From Vicugna vicugna (lineage: Eukaryota): a stretch of 64,000 nt of DNA. The translations under genes and the position numbers were made by a program. Every line of letters begins with the position of its first letter. The first letter of the stretch is position 1. The DNA is taken from assembly GCA_013265495.1 (NCBI GenBank), contig MU057865.1, forward strand, positions 868,001 through 932,000, given 5' to 3'. Positions 46,771-59,219 of the stretch are shown piece after piece. The notes under the pieces were generated by a model. That model saw only the letters and a list, made by a program, of their open reading frames with translations. It made no database searches and was not told the origin of the DNA.

Positions 46771-47699
46771 TTTTTGTTTTCTCTTTTTTGGTCCATAATT
46801 TCATCATAATTTTAATGTAATATTTTCAGATCACCCCCTTTTACTTGACCCTTGGTATTTGGGCTTGTGATACTAATTATTATTATAATAAATCAAAAAA
46901 AATCTTGCTGATTTGGCAGACGTGTAAAGGAAAAAAAAACATTCTGTAATTTTACTTCTTGGCTTAATTGAATAAATGTGAGAGCAGGTCACTGTCCATT
47001 TCATGTGAGAAATATGAGTGCTGAAGTCTTCAACTTGACACAAGAGTCATTTACCATCTACCTCTTCTCATAGTAATTAAGCCCCTTGCTTCCATTGCTC
47101 GGCACTAGTTCAATTTTCCACCACAGGTATTTTTAATTGTCTGTATCCTTAAATCAAAGGAGAAAGAAGAAAATAAAGGAGCCAATTACTTGTTCCAGTA
47201 AGTAACTGTTGAGAGAGAGGGACGGAGAGAGAAAGTGGTACTTAAGTGTCACAGTTTTCAATCCAAGTTAGACTTAAACATAATTTATTTAAATAATAAT
47301 AGTAATTTAATCATTTGAAGGATGCTCATAGAGGTGCCTAGTGTTACCCACTGCAGAAAAGCTTGCTATGACCATGCATTTCTGGAATCCTATTGTATTG
47401 AACACGGTACTGGCTACCGGCTTGCTAAAAGACAGAAAGAAATCACCAATGTATCGAGTAAGACTAAGTCTGCCAGACTTGCTGCTCCAAGTCATGTCTC
47501 AACGTGGAAAACTTAGGGAGAAGTAACCATAAGGCCTTGACAGGGTGACTTTGATGGTGGTCCTGCAAGGTGAGCTGGCTAGGATTGGGCAGACATTACA
47601 ACATGGATTTGGTGGGCTTAGCAAGGTGAGGAGCTCCACGTAAGGCTGGATGAGAAGCTGCTTTAGAAATTCTGAAATTTTATTTTCCAGGAGTAAGTA

Positions 47700-48040
47700 C
47701 AGGGAATCCTCCTTATTCACAGATACATTATTTGTGAATTTGCGCACTAGTTAAAATCTATTTGTAAGCCCCAAAGCAGTACTTTTTGTGTTTTCATCGT
47801 CATTCATCGATCTGCTCAGTGACAACAAATTTGATTTGCTCAACGCACATGTTCCCAGCTGAATGCAAACAAGGGTCTTTGTGGCCTATTTAGTGCTACA
47901 TTTTGATCAGGTTACAAAAATGTGTGACCAGAGGCTTTTAGGAACCGTATCCTATATTCCCCCTAGGAACGGTGGCTCAGTGTGCCCTGTATCAGTGTTT
48001 TCAGACACTTTATAGAACACAACTACTGCAAATAACTCAT
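47700..48040. mobile_element. MER82-like Tigger MITE
   Basis: 'cttattcacagatacattatttgtgaattt...gcacatgttcccagctga' and 'tgtgaccagaggc...cccctagg...ctttatagaacacaactac'; TA at the left flank. Confidence 0.75.
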
Positions 48041-48839
48041 TTCTGCTGAGTGTTTTTTAAATGACTGGTCCCAGCATTATTTAATACAAGGACAGTAAAT
48101 GATGTTCTCAGTTCTCAGGCACTTTTCAGTTGTACCACGAGGCAGCAGCCCTCTCGCCCTCGAGGACTTACTTGTTGAGGGCATGGGGTGTCGTGGACCT
48201 TTGGTTTGTTCATTTCCTGCAGTGAGCAGCCATATTTAGGGCTTCTGGTAAGGTGATGTCAGTGGAGTGGGGCTCAGAACATGTGTCCCGCTGTCCCTCA
48301 GATGCTGTGATTTACCCAGCACCGAACACAATGAAAGATGTGCTCTTCCATGAGGGCGCCTACTTCAGGAACTGCTTTCAGAGATGATCAACCCAGCTGC
48401 CAGGTGACCACCCACCACAGAAGCACCCTCTGAAGATTAGAGCTTCGCCTTTATTTTGAAATTCTTTTTATGGCAAGAGTTCAATTGCATTTGAAATCCA
48501 TTCACATTTCCATAAGAAAACTCAACGTCACTTTTGTCAATGGGGAAAATGACTATTTTACAATATACGAGTATAATTTCAACTCTTGAAAATTTTTCTG
48601 AGGTTGTAAAAACTACAGGCTTCTCATCAGGGGTAGTTGTGACTAATTTGAAGCCTCATGTAGCCCCAGTTCACCCAAGCTTACCACAATGCTCTTTTCA
48701 GATGTTACCATTTTGTATAGATGTCATTTTATACAAAAATTAAAGAAGCATTGCTCTGAGAGAAGATAATCTGAAGAAACCTTATCCGTTCTTATAAGCT
48801 AATACTACCTATCTGCTGGTGGCTTCCAAATACATACAT

Positions 48840-49910
48840 ACCGCCCAATTTTATCTTATGATATCCAGTCTAAATTTGCACATAGGATTGCCCTGTTGAC
48901 ACCTCCCTGTGCATTTCTCATATGATTCCTGAACTTCGTACGTTTAACTGAAACTTTTGATTCTTCTCCCAGAACTTGAACTCCCATCTATTACCCAGCC
49001 TGCCCTTTTTTTCACAAGAGGAAAAGGCACCACCACAAGCCAGTTGCTAGGGATGGAAATCTAGACCAAAGCTCTAACCATCCCTTCCTCTTGTGCACTC
49101 ACTTACTGAGCCATCAGCAAGCTCTGTCCACAGAAAAAGGACAACTTTCTATACGTTTTATTCCTCACTAGGTCATGACAGCGCCAGACAGGGCGACTAC
49201 AGCAGCTTCCCAGTGGTCTCCATTCTTCTACTCAGGCCCTTCCAACTTCTTTTCCACATGGCAGAAATAGTGATGTTTACATGTTAATTAGGTCAGGAAG
49301 ATCTTATGCTTAATATGCTTAATATTTGCCTTGGGTCAGACCCCTCACCATGACCTGTAGTCCCCTGGGCACCTGGTGTCTGCCTGCCTCTCAGTCAGCT
49401 CCCACCACTCTACACCACCCTTCCTCAGTTCCACCACTCTTCTCTTGGTCCCATGAACAAGCTAAGTTCCTTTTCTGCCCTTGAAGTCTTTGCACATGAT
49501 TTTTTTGTTGTTGTTGGTTGTTTTCATCTTGTTGTGTTTTGTTTTCTGTTTGATGGCGCTCAGCACATTCACACTTGATGTGTGTAATTTACTTTTTATA
49601 ACTTTTGCTTCATGCAGCATAAATGTCTTTCCTTATGTGATCTTCTTCAATCATCCTCTGTAGAGGTATTACTTATTATTTGTTCTCTGTTATAGGCAAT
49701 TTTGTTGTTACCTTCATAGACTTCCTCATAATTTGTTTTCCTTTGTTCATTTGTTTATTGCCTCTCTGCTCTATTGCAATGTTAGCTCCATAAGGGAGGA
49801 ACTTTATCTGATCTGTTTAATACTGTATTTCTGGTGCCCAGCACAAGGCTTGGCACAAAGTTGGCATTCAATAAATATATTTTGCGTTAATGAATGATTA
49901 ATGAAGTGAA
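48840..49910 (+). mobile_element. L2 LINE 3' ~1 kb
   Basis: Continuous L2-like sequence ending 'gtgcccagcacaaggcttggcacaaagttggcattcaataaatatattttgcgttaatgaatga'. Confidence 0.8.
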
Positions 49911-50569
49911 TTACATAACTCATGTTTGTATGAGATACTTACTCTCTAGTCTCTGACTTAACTAGACTGACTGTAAACTAATCAGGACAAGACACTCTCA
50001 AAACTTGGAAATAAAACTTCTCATATAAACTCACACTAATTTGATGCTTCCTTTTAGCAAGAGGCACAAAACCTTTAGAGAAAAATATGTTTTGAAATAT
50101 AGAATTTAATAGCACTTCTGAGGAACCAACTGAGCATATATTTTCTCATCATTTAAACCTTAGTTGGGATTTGAATTTCAGAGAAGAAATTCAGTAAATA
50201 GCAGACATCAACCAAGCAAGAAAAATATAACATAATGTTAAGGAGAAATAGACTGATGAAGTGCAGCTATCATTTCAAGTCAACTGTGTCTTTTGACTGT
50301 GATCAGCAAATCAGCTCTTTAAGTATGGCCGTTAGTTGAACAGCATTACCTATGCATGACTCCTACATGCAAGTCATTGAGTAAGTCGCTGGAGATACCA
50401 ACATGAAATACAAAATGTCTCAACTCTCTAGGAACTCAAACCTTGAATAAGTGAGTTAACTAATAGTCACCTTGAGACATCATCAAGGAAATCTAGAAGA
50501 TTCTGCATCTGATCCACAAAATGCGTTCAATATTAAGCCAAAATTAAGCCTTGCTACATACCAGACTCT

Positions 50570-51298
50570 ATATCCAAGAGGTCTCATCTCCACTTGGACC
50601 TGATTTAGATGATGAGTTCTGGACTATGAGTAGATGCTGTGATGAGATGAGACCTGTGGATGCTCTATAAGAGTGTCTATGTATTTTGCATATGGGGGCA
50701 TGGACCTTTGGGAGCTAGGGGGTGCACAGCGACAGACCATCTCTAGGGTAGCCCCTCATGATTCCTACCTCCTGGTGTTCAAGCCCTTCTATGGTCCCTT
50801 TCCCTGAGTGTGGGTGGGACCTGTGACTTTCTTCTAACAAATAAACTATGGCAAAGGTGATAGGATGTACATAAGTACATGGTTACATTACATAAAATAG
50901 TAGTGCCCACTCTTTCTGGAGTGTCACTCTCTCCCCCCTTCTCTTTCTCTCTCTTGCTAATTTAATGAAGCAAGCAGCTATGTTGGTAGCCCACATACAA
51001 GGAATTGAGGGCACTGCCTAGGAGTTGAGGGTAGCCTCTGATTGACAGCAAGAAACTGAAGCACTCAGTCCTACAACAAGAAACTGAACTTTGTGTGAGA
51101 TCTTTCAAAGACAAGCCTCAGATAAGACCACAGATGTAGCCAATGCCTGAAGAGCATCTTTGTGAGATTCTGAAATAAAGAAATGAAGTAAACCATGTTA
51201 AGACCCCTGAACTACAGAAATGATAAAATAATAAATGTGTGTGATGTTAAGGCACTGGTTTTGTGATCGTGTTTTTCTGTAGCAATAGACGAAGATAA
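50570..51298 (+). mobile_element. MaLR: end of internal region plus MLT1 LTR (~50728-51298)
   Basis: Internal-end motif 'tgtattttgcatatggggg' and purine-rich PPT, then 'tgattcctacctcctggtgttcaagccc...gtgtgggtgggacctgtgact...ataataaatgtgtgtgatgttaaggcactggttttgtg...gtagcaatag'. Confidence 0.85.
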
Positions 51299-51718
51299 AA
51301 TCTGTTCTGCATTCTCCCCGAATCTTGTTTTACTCTCTCTGACTCTTGGGTCAGGTATGTTTGTGCTCGATTGTATGGAGTTATCTACACTTAGCCATCT
51401 TATACCAACACACATTAGAGATTTATTTGACCCTGGAAGCACAGTGTCTTAAAATAGCAAACAAAGGTTTCAGTAGCCACTGGGAACACATTTCATTCTA
51501 TGTTATATGAGTTAGCCCTATTAATCCATAAAGAAGTGTTCTCTAATTTAGTAATAAGTCTCTGTCTTTCTCCATTTTGACACTGGTATAATATAAACCA
51601 ACCAACAAACCAACTAACCAACCACCCAACCAACAAATGGATCAGGGATATTTAGGATGTAAATTCAAATTTCTTTCCAGGGCTCTCAGATTTGATCTAA
51701 AATGCCTCACAGGATCAC

Positions 51719-52023
51719 TTTTTTTTAATTAATTAATTAATTAATTAATTAATTTATTTATTTATTTATTTATTTATCTTTATTGAGTTATAGTCATTTT
51801 ACAATGTTGTGTCAAATTCCAGTGTAGAGCACAATTTTTCAGTTATACATGAACATACATATATTCATTGTCACATTTTTTTCTCTGTGAGCTACCATAA
51901 GATCTTGTGTATATTTCCCTGTGCTATACAGTATAATCTTGTTTATCTGTTCTACATTTTGAAATCCCAGTCTGTCCCTTCCCACCCCCCACCCCTCACC
52001 CCCTTGGCAACCACAAGTTTGTA
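51719..52023 (-). mobile_element. Young L1 3'UTR, antisense, with (TTAA)n/(TTTA)n tail
   Basis: Near-identical to 41.35-41.57 kb. Confidence 0.93.
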
Positions 52024-54901
52024 GTTTACACCGTTTTTTCAGGTTCATTGTCAAGATGAAACCATGTTAGGATGGCTACGCTATATGGAAGGGTAAAAAT
52101 TCACTGTCTAACCAAGAGAGGAGAGAAAAAAAAATCGATCAACATTTTCTGAATGCCAAGTGAGAATTTAAACAGACGGTTTATCTTCTAAGAGTGTTCT
52201 ATTCAGTATTCTACCCTTGTTCTATTTTAATATGGCCATTAAGGTAAGTGTGGCCCTTGTTTAGTCACCCAGAGAACAACCTTCACATGGCATCCTCCGG
52301 GTACAGAACAGTGTCATAATGAATCTCTTCCTCCCCATTAATGTCTTTCACTAAATGTATAAAACATTTTACTTCTCATTAATGTCGTTCATTAATTTAA
52401 AACAAAAAACCTGAATGCGTATATTTCTTATAAAACCAGTGAGATCCAAAATTCACTTAAAAAGCTCTTGCTAAGATATATGCTGTACATTTTTATCGGT
52501 GTACCTTGCTCATAACAAAGTAGAAATCATTTCACTTGATGATATCATTAAGACAAATCGCTTAAAGAGGGGAAAAAAAGTTGTTTAGGAAATGAACTCT
52601 GAAGAATTCAAATTTCCTCCCCTACATCTTCTAGTACACAGCGGTCTGGGCAAGAACTCTACTGGAAGTGAATTTTCAAATCATCCCTTCACCAAGTTAA
52701 GTACACCCAGGGCCTCATTCCTTGTATTTCCACACAGGACGGTACAGCGATCCATCAGAAGTTTATGAGACTTTATCTCCCTGTTTTCTGTTTGTTTTTG
52801 CTCCAGATCACCTGGCACCTCTTCCCTTGTCTCTTCCAAAAGTGTAGGGATGGGGGCCTAACAAGCATCTCTATAGGCCAAGATTCCTTCTAGCCTGGAT
52901 CTTGGCATTCTCTGCCTCTCTTGGATTGGCATTATTGCAATTATAATCATGTGTGTGCTATTTACATTCTCAAGTATAAGAAAAGCTCCAAGAACACAGG
53001 GCCAAGTCTGGCTTGTTCAGCATAGCATCAAGCCCATTGAGATTCCCACTACATATGTGCAGATTGACTGACATGGACCAATGACATGGAAGTTACATGA
53101 GTAACTTCTTGTCCACCTACATTGTATCCCCAAACTCATATCTGGTTTGCAGTGCTGTCACTCCAGGATGGCCTCATTCACCTTGCCAAAAAGTGAAGAA
53201 GGCTGTCAGATAATGGGATCTGACCCCTAAACCTTAACGATGGTCGGTGACAAACATCCCCTATATGGGGTAGAATCCTACCTCCTACCATATGAGATTA
53301 GACTGTATATCCTCCTCAGAGCTCCCATTATATTTCCTAAACTTTTCTTTATGATTTTGTACTTTAACTGGCTTGGGATTTGTCTTATATATTTCAGTGA
53401 CATCAGAGCCCAACCAAGAGTTCACGAAGTGGCAGGAAAGGTGAATTTGACAAGTCTAGTTGTGTAACCATGACTTCTGAGAGTGACCGTGCCCGACTCC
53501 AATTTTGCTTAGAAGAACAAAGTTCTGGTAAAGAATCAATGTTCTCTGGTACCTTGGCTTCATTTCTTGGTCTGTTGTAGACAGATATTACCAATCCCAG
53601 CTTGCTATGTACCCAAAATATGACAATGGGCCAACTTTTATAAACTTATTTTCTGTCTTTAAAGAATGTTTGGATTTAATGGCATTATAACTTTCAGAAC
53701 AGTTTTCCTCCTTACTTTTTAAAAATTGTATCCTTAGAATTGAAAACCCTGCCGCATTTCAGACCTTCTTATAGCTGCATTGATTATTCTTCTAGGAAGC
53801 ACAGCTGTGGCAATAATCCCGTCTCTGCATCTTTGCAAGCAGGAGGGAAGGCGGGAGATAAGAGTTGCCACAGGGAGTCTATATTTAATCTACAACTGGC
53901 TTATCCAAGTGTTTTATTGCTCCCCGAGGGACTCGCCACATGCACTGTTGTAAGAAAAAAATGATAGAGAAGGAAGGAAAGAAAAGTGCACCCAAGGTTG
54001 GTCTTCAACTAATTAATTCATTTCGAAATTGGCACAGGAGAAGTTTTTGCTTTGCTAGTAATGTAGACCCTGAGAAAACTAGTCCTTCTTTATACCAGCA
54101 CAGCTCACCTTTCTGGCTCTGCCCTGTGGCTGCTGCTGGGGGATGGCTGAGCTTTTTCTTGGCAACTATTGTCAAGGATGCTGGGAGGCATCTGTGAATG
54201 GTAACTTCAGTCGCTCCGTCAAGGAAACCCCACTGAACACACTGCAGATTTTTATGGGCGTTCACACAGTGGAATAAAGCGGGTATCTGAGACAATTATA
54301 AAATCAATTACAAAGTAAGTAAATACCTAAATAATTAAAGCACAAAAGAAAGTAAATAAATCTTCAGCCTCAAGGGGAGAAAGAGAAGAAAGCTACTTTT
54401 AACACAACTTTCCTTGTCATTCTATTTCTTACAAATCTAAAGTGATTATGTACCTTTTCTGACATTGGAGACAAAACGTGCCTGACTTGACAAGTTCTGT
54501 TTCTCTAAATCGTCAGGTATTCTAAAACGAAATCTTGGTCTGATGTCACTGCCGTGAAATCACACCCCATTGGTACCAACCTGAGGATCTTTGTTCCCGA
54601 GAATCTCCTAGAATGGTCCCCCTTCTGCTGTGTACCTATGTTAATTTCCTAAGAATGAGTTCATATGCACTTCTTCCCTAAACTTACATTGACTTATTAA
54701 ACTTTTGTTCTCTGAACACCCTTAGTACACAGAATTGTTATTATTGTTATATCACAGAATTGCAATGCAGTGGATGGGAAGGTTGGGAACCAGGTAGGGA
54801 AAACTTAAAGTCAGTTAGAGCTGCACAATTAATAATATGTGTGTCCTGATTCACTAAATGTTATCAGCTCTGCCTATGCCTGGCAAACAATTAAATGAAA
54901 A

Positions 54902-54972
54902 TTATGCTGTACTCCAGAAACTGACACATTGTAACTGACTAAACTTAAAAAAAAAAAGTTAAATCTAAAAAA
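54902..54972 (+). mobile_element. Short L1 3' stub (older subfamily)
   Basis: 'ttatgctgtactccagaaactgacacattgtaactgact' plus A-tail. Confidence 0.8.
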
Positions 54973-56529
54973 TGAGAAGATCTCAATTCTTTTCTTTTAT
55001 AAGACAGACACCAACAATTATGATCTATTTTTTTAGACTCTGCTTATATATTATTCCCCTAAAAAAAGGTAAGATATCTTCAATTCACTAAACAAAAATT
55101 CTTGTAGGAACTAAAACTTGCTACCATCTCCTCTTCGTCCCAGGAGAGGCCACAGGGAACAGATGCGACAGAGATCCTCTTTGCAGCCAGCAGAAGCTGA
55201 GCAGAATCATCGGCTGATACCTTGAGGCGCAGAATTCACAAAACACAGGAAAGGACCAAGACCATAGATCCTGCCTCTGACATCATGTACACTGCAGGGA
55301 CAAATGATGCATAACTGGACACAGCAAATCTGAAGAGCAAAGAGAGGTGAGAGAGTGGGATGCCTTCCCCTCGGTGAAGTGTTGAAGATTACAAACAGCT
55401 TCACACGTGATGCTCCTCACATCCCTTTAAGGGCAGCTTTGGGGCAATAGAAATTTTACACTCTTAAGGGTAGTGAGTTGGAATATTTAACAGCAGAAGA
55501 TCACCTGAGAAAAAAATTAGTGAAAATATGCTTCTGCCTTTCTCCTCTGTGTATAAGAAGGTCCCTTCTTGGAATATACAAGGAGTGAGTATTCCAAGCT
55601 CCCTGAATACTAAACTAAAAACATTAATATACTTGGTTAATACTATTTATTTAGCCAATCCAATGGTATCTAAGGAAATTCTACTTTCTTAAAAAAAGAT
55701 CTGATGTTGTATAATTTAAACCCAAATGTTCCCTGACCAGATTCAGTATGATTCAACCGTTTGTCAGTTTTCAGAAGCAAGCAAGTTAATGGACGACATT
55801 TTCTCAAGTTTCAATTGTTCTCTCATAAGCCTTAAATATTTGATGTCTGTCATATTTTGCCCTACAAGCCAAACAAAAATAGCAAACACACAAAACAATA
55901 ACAGGAAGCAAACGGTGAAAGTAGCTGATCATGCTTAGATTGATGTAACTTAATGAAGAAAAAGTACTATGATTGGTTTCTGATTGGAGGTTTATAAAAT
56001 GAAATAATACTCACCAAAGAGACTCCTATAGACTTTGCCAGATAATCAAATCTGGAAATTCAAGCCCAGAATTTGTTTCAAATATGTGTAACTTAGATGT
56101 TCCTGTTAGCTGAGCATTATTTAGAAGCAGAGGCCAGAATTATTTGTGAATGTGCTTGTATGTAGGTAAAATCTGAGCTAATACTGGTTTCTTCTCCCTA
56201 ACCCCTATACTGCCAAAGCTCTTCAATATCATAATTACCAACATTAAGCAACAAAATTCCTTTGCCCACATGCTGCATGTAACCTACAGGACAGCTCATC
56301 TTACTTGAAGATGAATGTCCTCAAATTTTATTTCCCTTTTCTTTTGTTATGACTCACTTGAATGGTGTTTCCTTGTCCCTCTCAGATTATCTCATCTGTA
56401 TTTAGTGAGTTTGTTTGGTTTAACTTGGTTACAAATAATTAACATTGTGTTAAGATAATACTCACCACAAGTATCTCTCCCAATTTTCCCTAAAATCTTT
56501 TATTTTTTTTATTAAAAAAACATACTCTC

Positions 56530-56610
56530 CATGTATGACTGAAGCAATGTGCTGTACACCAGAAATTGATACAACATTATAAACGGATTATACTCCAATT
56601 AAAAAAAAAT
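56530..56610 (+). mobile_element. Short L1 3' stub (older subfamily)
   Basis: 'atgtatgactgaagcaatgtgctgtacaccagaaattgatacaacattataaac' plus A-tail. Confidence 0.82.
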
Positions 56611-57020
56611 AGCCAAGTGAAAACAAAGAGAGAGAGAGTGTTTGTATGTGTGGGTAATGGTGTTGAGTGTTTCTCTTATCACATTTGCACGGACACAGTT
56701 GCTCTTGTACGGTTGGTCCGTCCCTCCCTGAAATTCTCTTCCCTTTGGTTTCCACGGGCCTGTGTAAAGTTGTTCACACATCTCTGGGATGTGTTTGTTT
56801 TTGTCATTCTTTTCCTCTCTTCTACCCAAACTGGAACTTCTTACATTTCCCCTTCTCATTGTACACTCCCTTCTTAGATTATCCAGTGCATCCTCACGGC
56901 TTATATTACCACTCATCATGTCAATGAGCTCATGTCCGTGCACCTAGCTTCAGATATAAACTTCCCTGCTCAGTATTTAGACTCTTCTTTTCTCTTTGTC
57001 TAACACCACTTCCTACAATA

Positions 57021-57533
57021 CAGGCATACATTATTTTATTGTGTTTCACTTCATTGCGCTTCCCAGATACCGCATTTTTCACAAATTGAAGGTTTGTGGC
57101 AACCCCACCTTGAGCAAACTTATGGGCGCCATTTTCTAACAGCCCTTGCTCATTTCCTATCTCTGTGTCACATTTTTGGTAATTCACAAAATATTTCAAA
57201 CTTTTTCATTCTTATTATATTTGTTATGGTGATCTGTGATCAGTAATCTTAGCTGTTACTATTGCAAAAATTGACTTGCTGAAAACAGTCAATTTTTGGT
57301 TAGCTGTTTCTAGCAAAAAAGTATTCTTTAATTAAGATATGTACTTTATTTTTCTTCTTTTGACATGACATTATCGAACACTTAACAGACAATAGAGCAT
57401 AGACCGCAGTGTAGGACAAACATAACTTTTATATGCACTGTGAAACCAAAAACTTGTGTGACTCGCTTTATTCAGATACTCGCTTTATTGTGGTGGTCTG
57501 AAACTGAACCACAACATCTCCGAGGTTTGCCTG
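57021..57533. mobile_element. Tigger1-derived non-autonomous DNA transposon (~510 bp internal-deletion derivative)
   Basis: TIRs caggcatac... / ...gaggtttgcctg with TA TSDs at 57019-57020 and 57534-57535; both Tigger1 ends recognisable, transposase absent. Confidence 0.92.
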
Positions 57534-58660
57534 TATTTCCTGATAATGGGACCAGGTTAGGAACTACCTATTATTCATTCAAAAAATATTCTCTGGTTTT
57601 CCTTTGTAGCAATCAACATACTCAGGGCTATTTAATTATTTTAAAAAGGACTAAAATAATTAATGAATGCATGGTTATTCACAACCTTCCACTTTCAGAC
57701 ATGAAAGCACATTCTGGTTTTGCTTGCTCATCAGCTTCTAAACTTGCATTCTGCTGATTGTAGAATTTGGTGAACTGGAGAATTGGGGAAGTAGGTGAAG
57801 CCAGCTTGATTTATAGTGCAGAGGGCAGACTTACTCTAGGGAAAGGAATAAAATGTATTGCCACTCAGAACAAGGGAGGCATATTTTAAGGCAGGCTATT
57901 GCGTTGGAGATAGTGTTGGGGGCAGTTTGTAATGGGAAGGGATAGATTTTAGTGTCTGCCAGATATGGGAGCTCCTGAGGATGTGATAGGTGGCTTACTC
58001 TCCTTGAGTCCTCATTTACTTACTCACTTAATGTCTTTCTTTTCCACTCAGCTATAAAGTTACACGAATGGAGATCACCCTTCTCAACACTATGTTATCA
58101 GCACCTGCAAAGTTCTGAATTATTAGAGGTGCTTGACCAAGAAGTATTGATTGATACTTAACTATCTGTATGTATGTTTCTAAGTTACTGAATAAGCTAT
58201 AACCGTGAGCTTCAGTATATACTATTAGGACACAGAAGGATTAGGGAAAGAGTTTTGAGTCCTTGAGGTGAGGTTACACTCATGTAACCTACTAGGTCTT
58301 GACTCAGGTTTAAGTTGAATGACATCATTTTCAAAACTTTAAGAATTAAGTGAATTTGTGCTGGGGTTGTCAAAGAAGGATACGACATAAAATCTAGAAA
58401 GACCAAAAGAAATGAAATAGGAAAAAAAAGAAAAATTTTTAAACATTCCTTAAGGAGGAGAAGGCATTTTATGCATCATTTCAATAATTTGCACTTCTTT
58501 GAGTTCAACATTTCCACAATGCTGTAGGCCAGACAGAAGTCCCAGAACACAGGAATCAATAACAGGACGTTTGGTGTATGACAGATTTGTGCTTAATTTT
58601 GTTTTGTTCAAATTAAATAATCTCCATTCTTATTTTCCTTTTCTGGAAAAGAGTGTATAA

Positions 58661-58904
58661 CAGAGTTTGGCAGCCTTTTCCTGTAAATGGCCAGATATTA
58701 AATAGGCTATTTATTTCTTGATAAGTAGTATAAAGACTTTCCAGACCATATGGTTTCTATTGCAACTACTCCTTTCTGCCATTGTAGTGTGAAAGCAGAG
58801 ACAGACAACGTGCAAACGAGTGTGGCTGTGTTCGAATAAAACTTTAATAACAAAAGCAAGTGACTCGTCAGCTTTACCTATAGGCTATAATATCCTGATC
58901 ACTG
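58661..58904 (+). mobile_element. MER58-like hAT-Charlie MITE
   Basis: Homologous to the 28129-28314 element; 8-bp TSD gtgtataa (58653-58660) / gtgtatac (58905-58912). Confidence 0.88.
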
Positions 58905-59219
58905 GTGTATACCAATGAATATGTAATGGAATGTCCATGTGAAATAAATAGAATAACAATTGAAAACTGATTAGCACAATGGCTGGCACATAGTATAGCC
59001 ATTGAATAAATTGTATTTATTAAGATCATTAGGCAAAATGTGTTTTATAAGACATGTATTTACTTGTTAATTTAATTGTATATTAATATTTACTTAGTTT
59101 TTATTTTTTATGACAGTTTCTGTATAGCTAAGATATAGGTATGAAAGAAAATAATAAAAAAGGAAAATCAAGTATATTAAATAAATCACAAAGATAAAGC
59201 AGTACAAAGAAAATTCTGT

